Assembly (NCBI GenBank): GCA_965649825.1
Contig: OZ287701.1
Coordinates: forward strand, 175,101 to 239,100
DNA from: Penicillus capitatus
Lineage: Eukaryota; Plantae; Chlorophyta
Direction of reading: 5' to 3'
Length of the DNA stretch: 64,000 nucleotides
The notes under the pieces are model-generated. The model ran no database searches, had not been told where the DNA came from, and saw only the letters and a program-made list of their open reading frames with translations. Below, piece after piece: positions 62,028 to 64,000 of the stretch (position 1 is the stretch's first letter; every line of letters starts with the position of its first letter). Position numbers and translations under genes: made by a program.

Positions 62028-62663
62028 ATGACACGGCTCGCGTTTGGCACCGTCGCTTTCATCTTTGCATTCGCGCACGTCGTCTTCGGACAACCCAACT
62101 GCTATTATAAGAAGATTAAAATCGCTATCGCGCGAGACGAGGAGCGTTGCGCCGCAGCATGCAAAAACTGTAAGGCTGTCTCTATGACGTGTCTATCACC
62201 GTATTCACCGGGTTCCTTTTTGGTCAGACGCCAGTAATCTTGTCGGACCGTGTGTTGCCTATCTCTATGAAGGTTTTCAAGAGATCTGCACTGGATATGT
62301 TATCGACCGTCAAATCAATTATGCCTTTAACTTCTCCGAATGTGGCATCAACTATGAAGCCGATCTCACTTTACCGATAAACGAAGAATCGGCGCAGGAA
62401 TCGACGCGTAGCCCACCTGGATGCATGATAGACGGGGAAAACATCGGTGCCAGTGTCACAGCGCAAGACTGCGAAAACCATTGTCGCGCACGTAAGCCGC
62501 AGCAAGATGTGTTGTCTCTTGTGACGTTCGTCTGGCCATAGTGGACAGCGTCAGATTTGGAGGATGTGCTGCGTGGTTCCATAATCCGGAGATAGAACAC
62601 TGCGTTGGCTTGCTCTCTTACGGTGACAATGGAGAAGGCATTTGTGGACTCCCTCTCCCATAG
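62028..62663 (+). CDS. Small secreted Cys-rich protein (paralog of 60690-61440)
   Basis: Signal peptide MTRLAFGTVAFIFAFAHVVFG; RCAAACK...PCVAYLYEGFQEICTGY; DCENHCRA...RFGGCAAWFHNPEIEHCVGLL. Similar exon layout. Confidence 0.6.
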
Positions 62664-64000
62664 ATAGACCACTCTCTGTGCTACTCTCATTTTCAAGCCA
62701 CTCTGCATTTCTCCAGTAGTTTTTATTGAGTGAACGTCATCGCGCTCACCATCACCTGAAAGGAGTTCGTTAAAGCTGTTTAGGGAGACGAAGACATGAC
62801 AATGACGTTAAAAACGATGATGACGTTTACCATATCGTTGTAGCCCATCGTATCATTCATCGGCACGCGCATTAACGCTGGACGACAGTCTTTTGCAAAC
62901 TGCAATCTATAACAGATTTGAATCGTTCCCATTTTCAACCCTGTCTCTTTCTGTCATGCGATAGAATATAAGTCAGGCTTGGACAGTGATCTTGGCGGTG
63001 TTAGAAATGTGAGAAAAGTCTGTCATGATCGAATGAGGCGATGAGACTTCGCCACTCCTGAGATAAATAAGCTAAGTTACAATGCTTGCAAAGTTTGGTA
63101 TTTGGGTATTCGTCGGTTTTGTGGGTGTGGATATCACCTCAGCCGGAGCAGTGATATTCTGGTGCTTCATACCAACGCGTATATGTATTTGCCCGTGCAG
63201 TTCAAAAAAATATCACCTCTGTCTACAAGCTCTTTCAACAGTTCTTTGTTTGCTAATAACCTAAAACAGTTAAAGTCAATAAGAGAACCTGTCGTAGGGG
63301 TCAGCTGTTAACTTCACTGTCGTACCATCTGGACAACTGTCCCCCCTTCTGAGTCACATCAACGCCTAGATACTTATACGCGCCCTTGTATTGAACTCTG
63401 CGTCGTTTGTAACCATTCAGTGTTTGTAGCATCCTACCTCGACGGAACCATCAATCAATCTTTTCTCTGAACGGTGTCGCGTTGTCGATGAACGACACGA
63501 ATACGACGAAGGCGTATCGTTTAACAAAGACTATTCAAACAATAATTTTCTGAATCTATACAACTCTTTGGTCAGCTGCACGAAGGTGAACAGCTGTCCA
63601 CTGACAACGGCTAGCACTGTAGTACTCACGGCCGAAAGCGTTTACGAGACACCAACGAATCCATTATGTCCGAATGTGTCGTTCGCATAATTCGGTGACA
63701 ACGACAGCGCATCCGTCGGGATTCGATGAATTCTGTTTGTTCGTTTGACGGATAACGGTTCGCGGTTTAGTAATCCTCAACAGGGACATTTGACTGTCTT
63801 TACCCTCAACCTTCGAAGAGTGGTGCAATGGTTTCAAGGCTTAGTCTACGGACGTGGGAGTTGCGGCGAATAAGATTTTCGAATAACTCTTCACCGGAGC
63901 GATCGAGAACATTCTTCCACTGCTACAAAAGCCAGGAAGGCCCGAAAGGAGGATAGAAACGCTGCCATGTGCTTAGGGTTGTTAGTGAAACAGAGACAAG

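Overview
Eukaryotic nuclear DNA in the standard genetic code, most likely from a core-chlorophyte green alga; the class is inferred from gene content and eIF4A/TrpB sequence, not established. Introns are very short (about 42-65 nt). The window has two kinds of territory. A compact housekeeping block (about 20-22 kb and 31-60 kb) carries eIF4A, a TPR protein, uL16, PRP8, a Spondin_N protein, ADPRM, a CBS protein, NAP1/NCKAP1, a BELL-type TALE homeobox gene, PRP19 and TrpB. Accessory regions (about 1-19, 22-31 and 60-64 kb) carry duplicated MATH-UBL-RING genes, duplicated VWA/Cache/C-type-lectin receptors, duplicated small secreted Cys-rich proteins, decayed LINE fragments, a foldback-like palindrome and a minisatellite. 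The main finding is a 327-aa in-frame intein in PRP8 (40484-41464, minus strand). It is inserted at SEAWR|CWKANIP in the N-terminal PROCN region, while the usual fungal site (FWEKA|SGFEE) is empty. It resembles VMA1/PI-SceI, appears to keep the DNA-recognition region, and has no LAGLIDADG nuclease. The second finding is a short element (TGATGTGACAG / CTGTCACATCA, often with AAAAGAGTGAG) that recurs in many introns in both orientations. It supplies 3' splice sites in one orientation and unusual GTCAC 5' splice sites in the other, as an Introner-like element would, and a near-identical 10-mer sits in three divergent promoters. Exon boundaries were reconstructed by eye and no database searches were run.
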